DNA of 63,954 nt, filler included, from Thraustochytrium aureum (taxonomy: Eukaryota), in the NCBI GenBank assembly GCA_012862495.1. It is 7 parts of 6 records of this genome, joined end to end, with 100 filler letters (N's around TTAATTAATTAA, not from the genome) between each part and the next. Parts side by side here need not be neighbours in the genome. Positions count along the whole stretch, not along the records: positions 1 to 19,238 come from BLSG01000086.1; 6 more parts are not named here. One strand, given 5' to 3'. Under the pieces are notes generated by a model. The model saw only the letters and a list, made by a program, of their open reading frames with translations. It ran no database searches and was not told the DNA's origin. The position numbers and the translations under genes were made by a program. Shown in pieces: positions 1 to 12,763 of the stretch (the stretch's first letter is position 1; each line of letters opens with the position of its first letter).

Positions 1-270
1 GGCTTGGAGCGCCTCCAACAGGGGCGGCGGGTGCTCGAGCGAAACATTGTCTAGATGTCGTCGTCGGCGGCGGCGTGCGCTACCTGCGCCCCCCGTTTGC
101 GTGAACCTTGGACGGCGCATTTGCGCGGCGCCCAGTTCGGGCTCTGAGAGGGGGCGACGGCGGCTATCTGTAGCGAGGCTCCCAGGCCCGAGCCCCAGGC
201 CAATCAACTGACAAGGAGGCAAAGACATGGACAAACATAATTTTGCGCATCAGGCGATCCGATTATGAAA

Positions 271-1664
271 TCACTCCTCAACCGTTGAGGGTGACTTTGG
301 CGCCAATTGGGCAGGCCGAACCAATCTCCTTGCGCGCTTTAAAGACGCGCCCTTGTGCCGGAACCCCAAAAAACACGCGGACACGGCGATGATACGGCAC
401 GCCTCCTTGGCAGCCAGCCTTAGAACTGTGTTGCCCTCTGCGACCAGGACTGGTTCCGTGCCAATACTCTCCACGCTCTGCAAGGCCTGCACCGCGTTGA
501 GCAACACAGAACCCAGCAATACGGCTTGGATGATCTGGTACCGGCGGCGAAAGCTTGCATAGCGACCAGAGCCATTCGATTGCACAACAAAGCGGTGGAT
601 GGCTTTGCAACACGTCGACGAAGATTGACCAAAGCTTGCGCTCGCAGCACTCCCACCGGCGTGGCTTGGCGAGCTCGTGGTTGTTAGACCTGAGAATGAC
701 GTCTGCTCCGACGCGAGTCGAGTCGACAGGCGGCTCGACGTCGCCGATGAGCCAAACCTGTCGCCTCCAATACGAAACACGTCGAGCTGAACTGTCATCG
801 AGCGAAACGTGCGGCAAAGCGACGCGAAAACGAGGACCGAGATGATCGTCAGGAGCACGGCGCGCCCAGACTCGAGCGCAAAGTACTTTGCGCTCGGAGC
901 CGCCATCTGCACGAACCGAAGCCCTGGATAGGCGATGATGATCACTGCGTAAAGCAGGAGCTTGTCCCGCCGCTTCAAGTACGAATTTCGCATCTGTGCT
1001 TCCAATGCATCGTTCATAGAGGCAATCAAGCAACGCCGCCCGCCGCAGCCGCAGCGCTTGAGAAAGCGTCCAGGAGCGCGTAAGACTCCTTGGAATAAAG
1101 CCCTGCAAATCCCCTGACGTCAACCGTGCTTGCGAGGCCTATGAGGCACGCAGCTGTGTTTACGGCCCACATGTGCGCGACCGGGGAGTGGTACCTGGGC
1201 TTTGTCATTATTGCCCCGCCCATGCGCGCTCGAAGGACAAAACATACCGCAAGCAGCGCATACATCACCGCTGCGCACGCTTGAAAAGCCTGCAGAGGTG
1301 GTCCGAGCACATCTGCAAACGTCGCCGTGCACGGCGCGTCTGGGGGCGTGCTCAGGTTCTTTCCATCCACGCCGACGTTCCGTGCGTCTGGCAAGTATGG
1401 GAAGGAGCAGTGCGTCCCCGTTGAGACAGGGAGCTCGAGCATCCTAGCGCAGCCGCTGCAGCGCTTTCGCGCTCGCCAGCCCGCGCAGCTGCTCCGCTTC
1501 GGCCGCACAGGGCAATAGCGAACTACTCGAGCGCCAAAACGATCGAAACCCAGGAGGAGAGCGCCTTCGCTAAAGGCTGTTCCGTACTCGGCAAACGGAT
1601 CAAAAGCCTCGTCCGCCCCCATGAGCGGCCCAGCGAGCGAGCGAGCGGCCTCCGGTTCTCGCAT
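271..1664 (-). CDS. Multi-pass membrane protein of unknown function, split by a 1-nt frameshift near 1028
   Basis: ORFs 1026..1664 and 271..1029 abut (GGC GTT GC|TTG ATT GCC). Together they give a Cys-containing N-terminal part and several hydrophobic segments (AAVMYALLAVCFVL, LLLYAVIIIAYPGL, AVLLTIISVLVFASL, IIQAVLLGSVLL, IIAVSACFLGF) with a Ser-rich loop. Confidence 0.55.
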
Positions 1665-2413
1665 GTGAGTGCTTTAAACCCGTCGAGCTCTAGCGGTGCG
1701 AGGAGGCAGGAGCACGAGCACGGCCGCTCCACACGCGCAACAGCGTTGAGCTGCCGGTACGAACCACTTGCGGCCTATTCGAGTCCAAGCAAGTGACAAG
1801 CGCGTCGGGCGCGACACGAGTGGCCTTCCTCTCGTGCAATTCGCGCGAAGAAAAACCGCCTTCCGAATCCCTTTCCGTGCAACCAGACCTNNNNNNNNNN
1901 NNNNNNNNNNNNNNNNNNNNNNNNNNNNNNNNNNNNNNNNNNNNNNNNNNNNNNNNNNNNNNNNNNNNNNNNNNNNNNNNNNNNNNNNGTGGTCCCCTTC
2001 TCAGAGCCCTTCGCGTTCGACCATTCGCGTGTCGGTCGCAGCTGCTCTTGCGCAACAGCCGTCCAACGGCTACGACCAACCCGCATCCAGCGCCACTGAA
2101 CACGCCAGGCAGCGAGCGACCAACCAGCCGGCGCTTGTGCAGCGAGGCCGCCGGCGCTCGCACATCGGCGTCGACCGACCTGTCCGCGTGGCAAGCCGGC
2201 TAGCCGGCCGCCCAGTGGGCACGTGCAAGTCAAACGAGCGCATGGCAACGCAGCAGCAGACAGCATTCAAGCATTCCATCGACACGCCAACGGACCTACT
2301 GGCCGATGCGGGGCAGTTCAGGGGCCTCGCAGCCCCGCAAATCGCAGCCCCGCAAATCGCAGCCCCGCAAAGCCCGATGAACGCAGGTCTCGCCAGAGCA
2401 CATCGGCCCGCTT

Positions 2414-2414
2414 G

Positions 2415-2457
<43 letters not shown>
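2414..2457 (+). repeat. (GCCT)n microsatellite
   Basis: About 11 tandem GCCT units are visible directly. Confidence 0.9.
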
Positions 2458-2458
<1 letters not shown>

Positions 2459-2642
2459 TAGAGTCATCCGTCGCTCGATGTTGTCGCCGCGGCCGAGCGC
2501 GCCGCGTTTCGCTTCGGCTTAGGCCGGCCCGGAGTGGATCAGGCAGGAGCTCGAGCACCGCCGGGAGTTTCGAAGCGCGGTTACTGCGTCAGTTGAACAG
2601 AAGCTGGGCCTGTGGGACCCGCGGCCGGGCAGGCGCCAAGGG

Positions 2643-3614
2643 ATGGAAGAGCTGCGACGGAGGGTCGAGGTGCTCGAAATTGAGCTGCTTGAGACGCAAA
2701 CGTCGAATGGCATCGCGCTCGATGACCTCAGGTTGGAGAATATTCGGCTCAAGACGAAGGCGCGCAGGTTGGAAGGCGACGTCTTCCACGACGACCTGTT
2801 TCAGGGGCAAAACAAAGAGATGCGCTACTTGGCTGGCCGCGTTGGCGCCGTTCGCGCTGCTATGGCGAGCATGATCTTCGAGAAACTCGCGGCGTTCGAG
2901 GCCGCAAAGCCGAGTCTTGCAGGCAACGCCCGCGTTGTGCGGCGCGACCTGGAGCACGCCGAGGCGGCCGCGGCGGCGCTGAGGCAGGAGCGCGCCGAGC
3001 TGCTCGAGTACCTTCGCGACGACGAGCTGCGCAAGCTCAAGCTCGAGCTGCAGTCGCTCCTGCTCTGCTCGCTCAGCCGGGACAGCCGCGCAAAGCTGGA
3101 CGCACTGAACGAAGAGCGACTCCGCCTCGCCGAGCTCGAGGCGCAAGCGCACTTGACCGAAAGGGATGCGAAGGGGCTCAGGGACGAGCACGACGCGCTT
3201 ACCGCAGACCAGGTCGCTTCGATGCAGGAGGTTGACCACTTGCGCGCATACACTGGCCTCGTCAAGAGCGAGCGCGACCGCCAGGCCGTCCTGGACCGCT
3301 TCGTGGCCAAGCACTCTGGAATGCAGCACCCCATGCTTCTCTCCGAGCGGGCGTCAAAGGACGGGGTGACGGCGTCAAAGGCTCTCCGTGTTGCTCTGTC
3401 TGAGCTCGAGGTCGTGCAAGCTGCTCTGGCTGAAAAGCCGGCAGCTCGGCGCGAAGGATTTTCAGAGGTTGTTTTCGCCAAGCTGGGCGTGGAGATAAAC
3501 AAGCTCTGCACTTCCGTGGTTAACGCACTCGCTCGGGAAGAGTCCGTTGCAAATGCGCTCGTCGACTACGTAAACACCCACCCGGCGCCGCGGGAGGCTG
3601 GATGGCGCTTGTGA
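2643..3614 (+). CDS. Coiled-coil protein, unknown function
   Basis: 323-aa ATG-started ORF rich in E/L/R/A with heptad-like periodicity. Confidence 0.65.
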   Translation: MEELRRRVEVLEIELLETQTSNGIALDDLRLENIRLKTKARRLEGDVFHDDLFQGQNKEMRYLAGRVGAVRAAMASMIFEKLAAFEAAKPSLAGNARVVRRDLEHAEAAAAALRQERAELLEYLRDDELRKLKLELQSLLLCSLSRDSRAKLDALNEERLRLAELEAQAHLTERDAKGLRDEHDALTADQVASMQEVDHLRAYTGLVKSERDRQAVLDRFVAKHSGMQHPMLLSERASKDGVTASKALRVALSELEVVQAALAEKPAARREGFSEVVFAKLGVEINKLCTSVVNALAREESVANALVDYVNTHPAPREAGWRL

Positions 3615-3905
3615 GCGGCTGCTGCGAAGGCCGGGCTTCCAAGCGCGGCCGGCCAGCCAGCAACGAGGCTCTCGAACGCCACGATGTCTCTACTAGAGAG
3701 AGAGTAGCGCTCTCGCTGCTGGAGGGGTAGTCGCCTGATGCGGAGACAAGTGCGCTTTTGTTGCAAGCGCTGTGGGTTAGCCATCAGCGATCGGCGGCTC
3801 GGGACGAACGGGCTGGACGGGCCATCAGGGCACCAATCGCGCCCCTCGAGCAGAAAGCGAAAGAGGGAGGGGCCAGGCCGAGGACCTCACAAGCAAACCC
3901 GCTTA

Positions 3906-6880
3906 TCAAAGATCGCCGCTACCCGCCGCGCTCGCCGGAGCGCTGCGGCCAAACAGGCTGGAAAAGTAATCGTTTGACTTGGCCTCGCCGCCGTCCGTGA
4001 TAGCCGCTTCAGAAACAGCGCCACTGCCCTCCGCACTTTGCTCAGGGCTTCCAACGTCGAGACGGCCTTTGCGACCAAGAGGTGCCCCAGCGCCCTTCTT
4101 CGCGCGGCGGGGCCGGCCGGTTGCCTTGCGCCCTGGAAGGGGAGCATCACCCTTACTGCTGCTGGTGTATTTTGTCTTGACTGGCCGCACGACAGCGAGC
4201 CAAGAGTCCGGATGCACTTCCCCCGGCCATGTAAACGCCTGGCCGTCAAGCTCAAAGGCAGCGTGAGCGGCGAGGGCATCCTCAAACCTGACGATGGCGC
4301 TAGCTCTGTTCCTGGCCACCTCAACACGCTCAACCGGTCCGCGAGCAATGAGGGCAGCGAAAAAAGGCGTCTCGCCGCGCTTGATGGCCTCGTCACTGCA
4401 TGTTTCGGGTGGCAAGTTGCCGAGGAAAACGCTCCTGGACGCTTCCCCGGCACTGTCGGCGATTGGGAGGCGGTCCCCTCCTCTTTCGCCTGAGCCCTTG
4501 TTCGCCGTCCGTTTTTGCTTGCTGAATGGAGCAACCTCTAGCGCGCGGCCCTGCAAGATCAGTAAGCCGTTCCCCTGAGCGAGGGCCTTTTGGGCGCTTG
4601 CAACCTCCTTGAAACAAACCGTCGCGGTGCCTTTGGAATTTCCGCGCTTGCCGCGCTTCACCTTCACTCCCTCGACAGGGCCGCACGCCGCAGCAAAATG
4701 GGCCTCGATTTCTTCCTCCGTTGAGTGGTACGACAGGTTCGCAACGAACACTGTACGCTCCGCCTTGCTGGCTACCTCCTGCTTGTTCTCGCTGTGAACT
4801 GAGGCTGACAAAGTCTTGGCCTCGGCTGGGTTCGCCGTTTCGCGCTGAGCGGCGGCGGGAGCCGAGTCCCCCGAAGGCCCTCGCCTCCGCGAGCTTCCGA
4901 TGCTCCAGGGTCAACGCGGCGGCGCTTGCGCCGCGCGCCTGCGTCGCTTGGGACCTGCAGCGCGCCCCTCTTCGCCAGCTTAGCCGAGGTCGAGGTTTCT
5001 GCCGCTCTTTCACTCGATTGGTGCCGCGCCGCCCCTCGAGCGCCTGCAAGCGTGCTTGTGCTGTGCGCGCTTGCTCGGCCGAGGACTTGACGCGTAGCAA
5101 CCTGCGCGGCAAGCAGTGAGGCGATGTCGCCACACCGGGACTCGGCGTCGACCCACCGCTGTGCCAGCTTTCGGGCCGCTTGCTGTTGCGAGGCATTCCC
5201 CGTAGCTGTGCGCAGCGCGTGCATTCCGCGCTTGAATAGCCGGCGCGCCCGCTCTATGTCTTGGCATCCCAACAGGGACTGCACCCCTTGCTGGTAAACT
5301 TGGGACGAGCTCGGGAAGAGCTCGGCGACGTCCTGCCACACGGAAAGACACTTGTCAAGCGCTGCCGCACCGGGCTGGATTGCTTGCCCGATGAGCCGCG
5401 AGTCAGTAAGGCACTCGCACAGCGCGCGGGCGGCCTTGCATACCGCCCCGGCCTCGACCGACCGCACCTTTAAGAACGACAGCACGTATTCGGCGTGGTC
5501 CACGAGATGCTTGGCCCGCATTGCCAAGCGCGCTCCCGCTGAGCTGCCCGGTGAAGAGGCGGTCTCGCACGCCTCGGCCGCCTTGCGTCTGTATAGATCA
5601 ACCGAAGCGAGCAACACCTGCGCGAGGTCGTCCGTACTGAGCGGGCCATACTCTGCGGTAACTTGTAGCAAGACCTGGCCCACTCCCTGCACCAAAGCGT
5701 CCCACGATAGCAACTCGGCGCGCTCAATCGCCTCGAGCAAAAGACACCACAACCGAGGGCTTTGCGGGCACTTTCGCGCGGCGCGCGAGGCGATCGCACG
5801 CGCCCCTTGAACGTCGTCACCATGCGCGAGCGAGTCAAACACATAGTCCTCCCAAAGCGGCTCTTCCTCAGGCCAGCACTGCAGGGCTCGTTCAAAAACC
5901 GAGCGAGCAACCGCGTGCCACTTGATCTGGGCCGCCTCAGAACCGAGCGCTTTCTCTGAGCGCTTTCGCGCCTTTTGAGCTGCCGAACGCTGCGCCACAA
6001 CAAAGTCGATGTACGAGCGCCAAGATTGCACGCCCGCTGGCTGGCTGCTGGCCCGACTCACGGCGTGCTCGAACGGCTCCAGCGCTTGGCACGCCTGGCT
6101 TGCGAGCTCGCCAACTTCCACACCGACGGCCGCCGCCTGCGGTGCAAGCGCCTCAAGTGCGGACAGCGACGAAGATCGATTGACGGCCGCCACGGGGGCT
6201 GAAATGAGCCGCAAGTGAGCCTCGACGACGCGCTCTCGACTTGCCTCGTCCTGGCGCCCCGTGCTCTGGCCCTCCTCGAACGCGAGCGCCATGCTCCAGA
6301 ATGCATGACCTTCCGCGAACCAAAAGCCTGCAGCAGCTTGAGCAGCTTGAAACGTTTCGCGGACCTCTTCGGCGGAGCAGACTTGGTCGTTTGCACGATT
6401 CAGGCGCACAAGAAACTCGCATTTCAAGCGCCAGAGCGCTGGCACACTAAACTCCTCCAGCGCCCGGTCGACAAGCGCACCCACGGCAGTCTTGGCCTCC
6501 ACAGTGCAAGCCGCCGACCGCGTTTCATCTTGCGCCCACTGGACCCAGAACGCTTCGGGCAAGGCAAAGTGGGCAGCGGCTCTTTCCCGGGCGCCCCGGA
6601 CGCGCGCGAGCTCGCCAGCGCCCCTCAGCGCGTCGACGAGGACCAGGTGTGCTTCGAGGCTCTCTGCAGGCGCGGTCGCCACCGAGGACTCGAGCGCCTT
6701 CAACGCCTGCTCGTCGAGCTCCTCGTCCGACTCGGACTCGTCGCCAGAGCTGGTCCCTGCGCCTTCGCCGCCGTCGTCGTCAGGCCGCAACCCGCCGCCG
6801 GGCGGCGACTCTCTATCCGAGTCTATCCGAGCCGCCTCGCCGCTCGACGTCGTGCCGCTGGCCGCCATCACCGCGCGCAA
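3906..6880 (-). CDS. SART3: SART3/Prp24-like U4/U6 snRNP recycling factor (HAT repeats + RRM), frameshift near 4800-4880
   Basis: Acidic N-terminus and HAT-like repeats (ARVRGARERAAAHFALPEAFWVQW, ARSVFERALQCWPEEEPLWEDY, ARRLFKRGM). The downstream ORF has an RRM (TVFVANLSY...KGTATVCF), a second degenerate RRM and a C-terminal KSNDYFSSLF motif like the Lsm-interaction motif. Confidence 0.8.
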
Positions 6881-7532
6881 CCGCCCGCGANNNNNNNNNN
6901 NNNNNNNNNNNNNNNNNNNNNNNNNNNNNNNNNNNNNNNNNNNNNNNNNNNNNNNNNNNNNNNNNNNNNNNNNNNNNNNNNNNNNNNNNNNNNNNNNNNN
7001 NNNNNNNNNNNNNNNNNNNNNNNNNNNNNNNNNNNNNNNNNNNNNNNNNNNNNNNNNNNNNNNNNNNNNNNNNNNNNNNNNNNNNNNNNNNNNNNNNNNN
7101 NNNNNNNNNNNNNNNNNNNNNNNNNNNNNNNNNNNNNNNNNNNNNNNNNNNNNNNNNNNNNNNNNNNNNNNNNNNNNNNNNNNNNNNNNNNNNNNNNNNN
7201 NNNNNNNNNNNNNNNNNNNNNNNNNNNNNNNNNNNNNNNNNNNNNNNNNNNNNNNNNNNNNNNNNNNNNNNNNNNNNNNNNNNNNNNNNNNNNNNNNNNN
7301 NNGAGAGTGTGGGAGTCTCGAGCTGGCCGCGGCTGCGGGACTTGCTCGCGGACTGAGCGGCGGACGGGTTTGGGTGGGTTGCGGTCGGGTTGCCCTGGAG
7401 CGGGGACTTGCGATCGATTGAGTTGAACTCTGTAGTGGTACTTTTTAAAGAAGCGCATGCGCCGTCATGCATGCGTGCTCGTGGCTGAAAGAGGTGCCCC
7501 AGCGCGTGTGGGCGTGTCAAGCGAGTCGGAGT

Positions 7533-10500
7533 TCACATGTTGAGGTCCTTGCTGGACGATAGAATGGAGAACTGCGTGCCGGGCTTGGTGCCGTGTTGGG
7601 TCTTCAGCGCACCCAGGGAACGCGCTTTGAGATCCGAAATCTTGGCCAAGCCGCAGCTGTCTTGCACGATCCCCGCTCGACGGTGTCTCAGGGGCTTGGC
7701 AGACCACTCTTCCACAAGCGAAGCGAGCCGCGGGCACGCTCTGGAAGCGAACGAGTTGCGAGCATTTCCGTCGTTTTCGAGGATCGCTCTCACAAGAAGG
7801 TCGGCCGTCGCATCGCGCTCCAGTTCTGGCTGCTCGGCGCTCATCGAGGTGCTGCCCGCCGGGACGACCTTGCGCGACGACGCTCGTCTGCTCTCCCGTC
7901 GCACGGAGAGCCGTAGGCCGGACATTTCCGGCGGTAAGACACCTGGATTGATAATGTTTCGAAACATCCCGCGGTCTCTAGCGTCCGTGATTCGAATGAC
8001 CTTGGCCTTGGGCAGGACGCCAAGACCGCCGCCAAAGGCAACCGCAAGATACTCCATGGCCATGTTGGTGTATCCATTGAGCCGGCTGAGGACAAGGTGC
8101 TCCCCTCCGAGGAGACCAGGATAGTTTTGGAGCACGTTCCGCCACTCTTGGAAAAGGATAGATGAGTATTGGCCATAGGAGATGAGGCTCCAGCTCGAGT
8201 TGACGTACGATAGAGGGACGACGTGCACCACGATGCGAAGCTCACGTGAAAGCTTTTCTGCGACGATCGAGAGAAACTCTGCCACGCCAATAAGTGCCTT
8301 GCGCATATTCCGCTTCTTGTTCTCGAGGCTGCTCACGCTTGCATAGTCGACAGCCGACGGCATGAAGAGGAGCGCTGCAATTGCTCCCCGATTTCTGTCG
8401 ATCGCGAGGACGGGGTTGAACGGGATCGCCTCGCGCAGACGCACCACGTCTGCGATTTGATCCAAGCTCAGGTTTCGCGACACTATCTCCTTCGAGAGCT
8501 TGGAAACATTGTTCGCCTCTCGCCACTGCAGCGTCTCAAGAAGACGTTGCGCAGCGGGGTACTTGCTCCCGTCATGCGCGCGAAGGTATCGAAGGAGGCC
8601 CACGCTGCCGATGAGGTGCTGCGGCGCCTGCGCCAGCGTCATACCACCTGCAACAAGTTGAAGCATGTACCGCTTGCACGTGAGATGCCCAATGCGCCGT
8701 TCCAGGCGCGAGGCGCGATTGGCAGAAGACAGGTCTCCAACACTGATTGACGCAAACATAGCAGTACAAGAGGCAATGTTTGCTTCGACGTCCGCGAGGA
8801 GCCCCACGAGTGTAGCGTCGCTTCGATTGAGGTCCTTTCGTGCACTGCGCTCGAGACTCTCGACGTACTGCCAGAGATCCATGGTTCGCTCCACTTCGGA
8901 GTGGCTGACATTGCGAAAGCACGATGTCGCGACTGAGAAAGTCCCGAGTTCCGCGGATAGCGCCTTGGGTGGCGCTGCCTTCCGCAGCAACCAAGGATCG
9001 TGTTCTGGAAAGCTGATCACACTGTTCCCCGGCACCAGAGGCCTCCAACAGCTCAGCTGGAATAAACCGCCGCGACACACGCTCAACGAGCTCGCTGAGG
9101 TTGTGCAAGACGGTTGGCTTCCATCGCGCTGTGCGAAAGGGAGCTAGCATTTTGAGAGTTGTCTCAGACGGCTTCCAGACCAGCACTTCGATCTGGAACG
9201 GGTGCTGCATCGCTTGCTGCTCCAGAATACGCACGACAAGCCCAACCAATAATGTGCAGTCCCTAGGCGAAAGGCCACCAGGCTCGCCGCGGCCGTCAGC
9301 CAGCACGCGGAGTTTGTACACTTGCTTTGTATCAAACGATGTTCGCTCGAGCGCCAGCAGAGCTCGCTCGGCCAGGTGAAGGACAAGGTCTTCGACTAGC
9401 CGCGTGTTTCGCAAGAGGGCGGTGATGGGGCCAAAGTTTGCGCCTTTGCCCAAATAAATGTACTGCAGCAAAGCCGTCTTTGAAGTGTCGCGCTCCAAAC
9501 GATCGACGTGNNNNNNNNNNNNNNNNNNNNNNNNNNNNNNNNNNNNNNNNNNNNNNNNNNNNNNNNNNNNNNNNNNNNNNNNNNNNNNNNNNNNNNNNNN
9601 NNNNNNNNNNNNNNNNNNNNNNNNNNNNNNNNNNNNNNNNNNNNNNNNNNNNNNNNNNNNNNNNNNNNNNNNNNNNNNNNNNNNNNNNNNNNNNNNNNNN
9701 NNNNNNNNNNNNNNNNNNNNNNNNNNNNNNNNNNNNNNNNNNNNNNNNNNNNNNNNNNNNNNNNNNNNNNNNNNNNNNNNNCGGCGAATTCGCGCCGTCG
9801 TGAGCGGGCCGCGCTCCACGATCGCGCAGCGGAGAGGGCGCCAACTACGTTGCCTTGGTGCCGTCTCAAAAACAGGAGAATCCGGAGATCCCAGGACTGG
9901 ACAACGTCCTCGTGCCTTTGGATCTTGAGTAGGTTGCGAATAAAGGTGGTTGCGGAAACTTCGACGTCCCCTACTTCTGTTGGCCCAAAGCTGTCGAGCT
10001 CGGACCGTTGATAGACGTCGCTCCGCTCGCTCGCTTGCTCAGCAGCGGCAAGATAGCGGTCCAAGCGCAGGTAGTTGCGCAGGAAAGAGCTCTTGTACGA
10101 GAAGGCGAAAACGCCCAGGAGAGCCTGAATAAAGGCAAGCATCATCCACCCAGAGACGCAGCAAACGGTGGCTGGTTTGAAGTGAGCTTGGCTTTGATGC
10201 ACTGCGCCGTCTCCCGCGTGATGTATGCGCTTGAGAACCCGATCCTGTAAAAGGCGAGGAGCGCCATGAGCGCTTCAAAAGGCGCCACTTTGATCATGAG
10301 GGCTGACTGGCTTCGGCGGAGGCGCGCAATCTCGTAGCGAATCTCTGTTCTCTGGATGCTACTCGAGCCTTCTTGCTTTGACCTTGAAAGCTCGCGCTCG
10401 AGCCGCGCGGTCATGGCGGCGACTCGAAGCCCCCTGTTTGCAAGATGCCGAGCGTCCAGAAAGGTCCGGACATGCGAAAAGCAGGTGACAACAAACACAG

Positions 10501-10867
10501 AGAATAGAGCGACGGAGAACAGCAAGTATATGCTCAGCAACGAGAACGGCACCGTGCCCTTCAGGAGCGACATGCCCACCACGTTGAGCACATCGATCGA
10601 CCGCATCGCAACCTCGTATGTGAACAGGAGCAAGGTCCTCTTTGCCAGAAGCGAGGCCGCCTGTTTGTCTTGGGGTATCGGCGGGACGAGCTCAAGCTCG
10701 ACGTCTGCATCGGTGACGCGCATCGACGGTGCTATGCTCTTCAGCGTCTTCAGACCATTTGACAGCGAGGCGCGCTTTCTTTGCGCATCCAGCAGTTCCG
10801 TCTGCGGGGTGGCCACGCTCGGTCTCATCCTCGTTCTCGCGGGGCTCGAGCCTCTCGAAGTCTCCAT
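7533..10867 (-). CDS. Membrane-anchored protein with two CRAL-TRIO (Sec14-like) domains; several frameshifts and an N gap
   Basis: Consecutive minus-strand ORFs 10142..(ATG 10867), 9396..10202, 8572..9819 and 7533..9086. N-terminal TM segments, two CRAL-TRIO-N-like motifs (ILLFLRRHQGNVVGA; LLRYLRAHDG...AAQRLLETLQWREAN) and two C-terminal-like motifs (VSRRFIPAEL; INPGVLPPEMSG). Confidence 0.55.
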
Positions 10868-12763
10868 GCGTGCTCGTCGCCTGGGCCGGCGACGTTCTCT
10901 AGCAGCCGCGCCGCGCGGCCAGCATGCTCTTGCGCGTGACTCGCCAGGCGACAGCTGCACTGGTGCTGTGCACCACCGCACACTTGTTGGGAAATATGGT
11001 CGCAAACTCACGGAGGAATACAACGTCGATTCAAGCTTTCCAAGCTCGTCCTCAGCAATAAAGTCGTCAACGACAAGCTGGGGCGGCGGCGTAAGGCGAG
11101 CGGCCCATGTTGGGCAGCGTCCCCTCTTTAAAAAAAACGGACAAGACGCACTTTTCCGATGCAAGACCGACACCTCTCGAGGTGGAGTCGCGAGGCCTGC
11201 ACTGCTCGCCGTCCTTATTGCCTTTTCGCCATCGAGCTGAGCGAATCCAATCACGCCGCAGCGCCGCAGCGCCGCAATCGTAGATTGTCTTTTCAAGAAC
11301 AGAGTGGCTGCAAGTTTCGAGTAGATGCGTTTCTTTACAAGCTTGCATCGGCACGACACCTCAATCCTGAATTCCGACACCTGAAACACCACCCAGAACC
11401 TCGAGCGAACGCCGCTGCTTCGCTGGAAAGCCTCGGGCAAACCCCGCGCAACCAAGCGCCAATCGATCATCCGCGCTGTGATGAACGACCACCGCGGCAC
11501 ATGACGCGACGACGGAAAGAATCGCAACGGACATAGCCGGTGGAGCCGTTGAACTCGAGCGGCAAAGCGCTAGCTAGTTGCCGAAAACTCTCTCTTCGTT
11601 GGCAGGACCTCGAGAGGTGATGGCTGTGCAAGGGCAGNNNNNNNNNNNNNNNNNNNNNNNNNNNNNNNNNNNNNNNNNNNNNNNNNNNNNNNNNNNNNNN
11701 NNNNNNNNNNNNNNNNNNNNNNNNNNNNNNNNNNNNNNNNNNNNNNNNNNNNNNNNNNNNNNNNNNNNNNNNNNNNNNNNNNNNNNNNNNNNNNNNNNNN
11801 NNNNNNNNNNNNNNNNNNNNNNNNNNNNNNNNNNNNNNNNNNNNNNNNNNNNNNNNNNNNNNNNNNNNNNNNNNNNNNNNNNNNNNNNNNNNNNNNNNNN
11901 NNNNNNTCTCGTTTTTGTTGGCTGCTTGCAAGGGCAGCGCGTCTCGCTCTGTTGGTTGTCTTTTCTCACGCCGTGCAAGAGAGGGACGGGCCACGTTTCG
12001 CAGAGCGCGTGTTAGGGAGCTCGAGCCCTTTAGCGGACAGACGGGGGGAGACGGCATGCGTCCTAGGTGCGAGCTCGCGAAGAGCAGTCTAGAGGCGAAA
12101 ACTGCGACTTTGCGCGTTTTTTGTTTGCGTGTTGCAAACCCACCTGCACGATTCAGCTGCACGACAAACGCTCTCCTCCCTCCGCCCCTGTTTGCAACGG
12201 ATAGAATGTGCACGACTACAGCTGCCACGAATCTTCTTCATCAGGCGAGGCAAAAAAAAACCAAGCGAACGGTGTTGAAGAAGCAGGACATGAGAAGGGA
12301 ACGAGTCTATTGTTGTTCCTTCGCACGAAGAGCGACGTTGGGCTGCTCCAGGACGGCTCGAGTCAGTCACCTTGTCCGCCGCTCTCTCCAGAGCTCTAGC
12401 TAGCTAGAGAGAGCTCTTAGTAGTTGTCAGAGTATTGGTCGGCCAGCTAAGCGTATCGAGTTGGAATCTGTCAAACGTTTCTTCTGTCCTAGACGACAGA
12501 ACCTCAGCGGATGTGAAAAGATTCATACCTGTGGTTGCCTGTGCACGAGGTTTACTCTTTGCCAAGCTGGTTTTTGAAAAAGCCGTTTCTGTGCTTTGGG
12601 AAGCGCGTTAGCGAATGCTTGAGCTTGTGCAGTTCCCGTTGAATGGTTCGTGTAGACGCCCGACGAACCAGATTGGCTACGGGGTCGAGCTGGCGCAGAG
12701 CGGACGTTCGGAGGTGGGCGGTGCGCCACGGCTGGCGCAGGACCTACCTCGGGACCAGTACCG

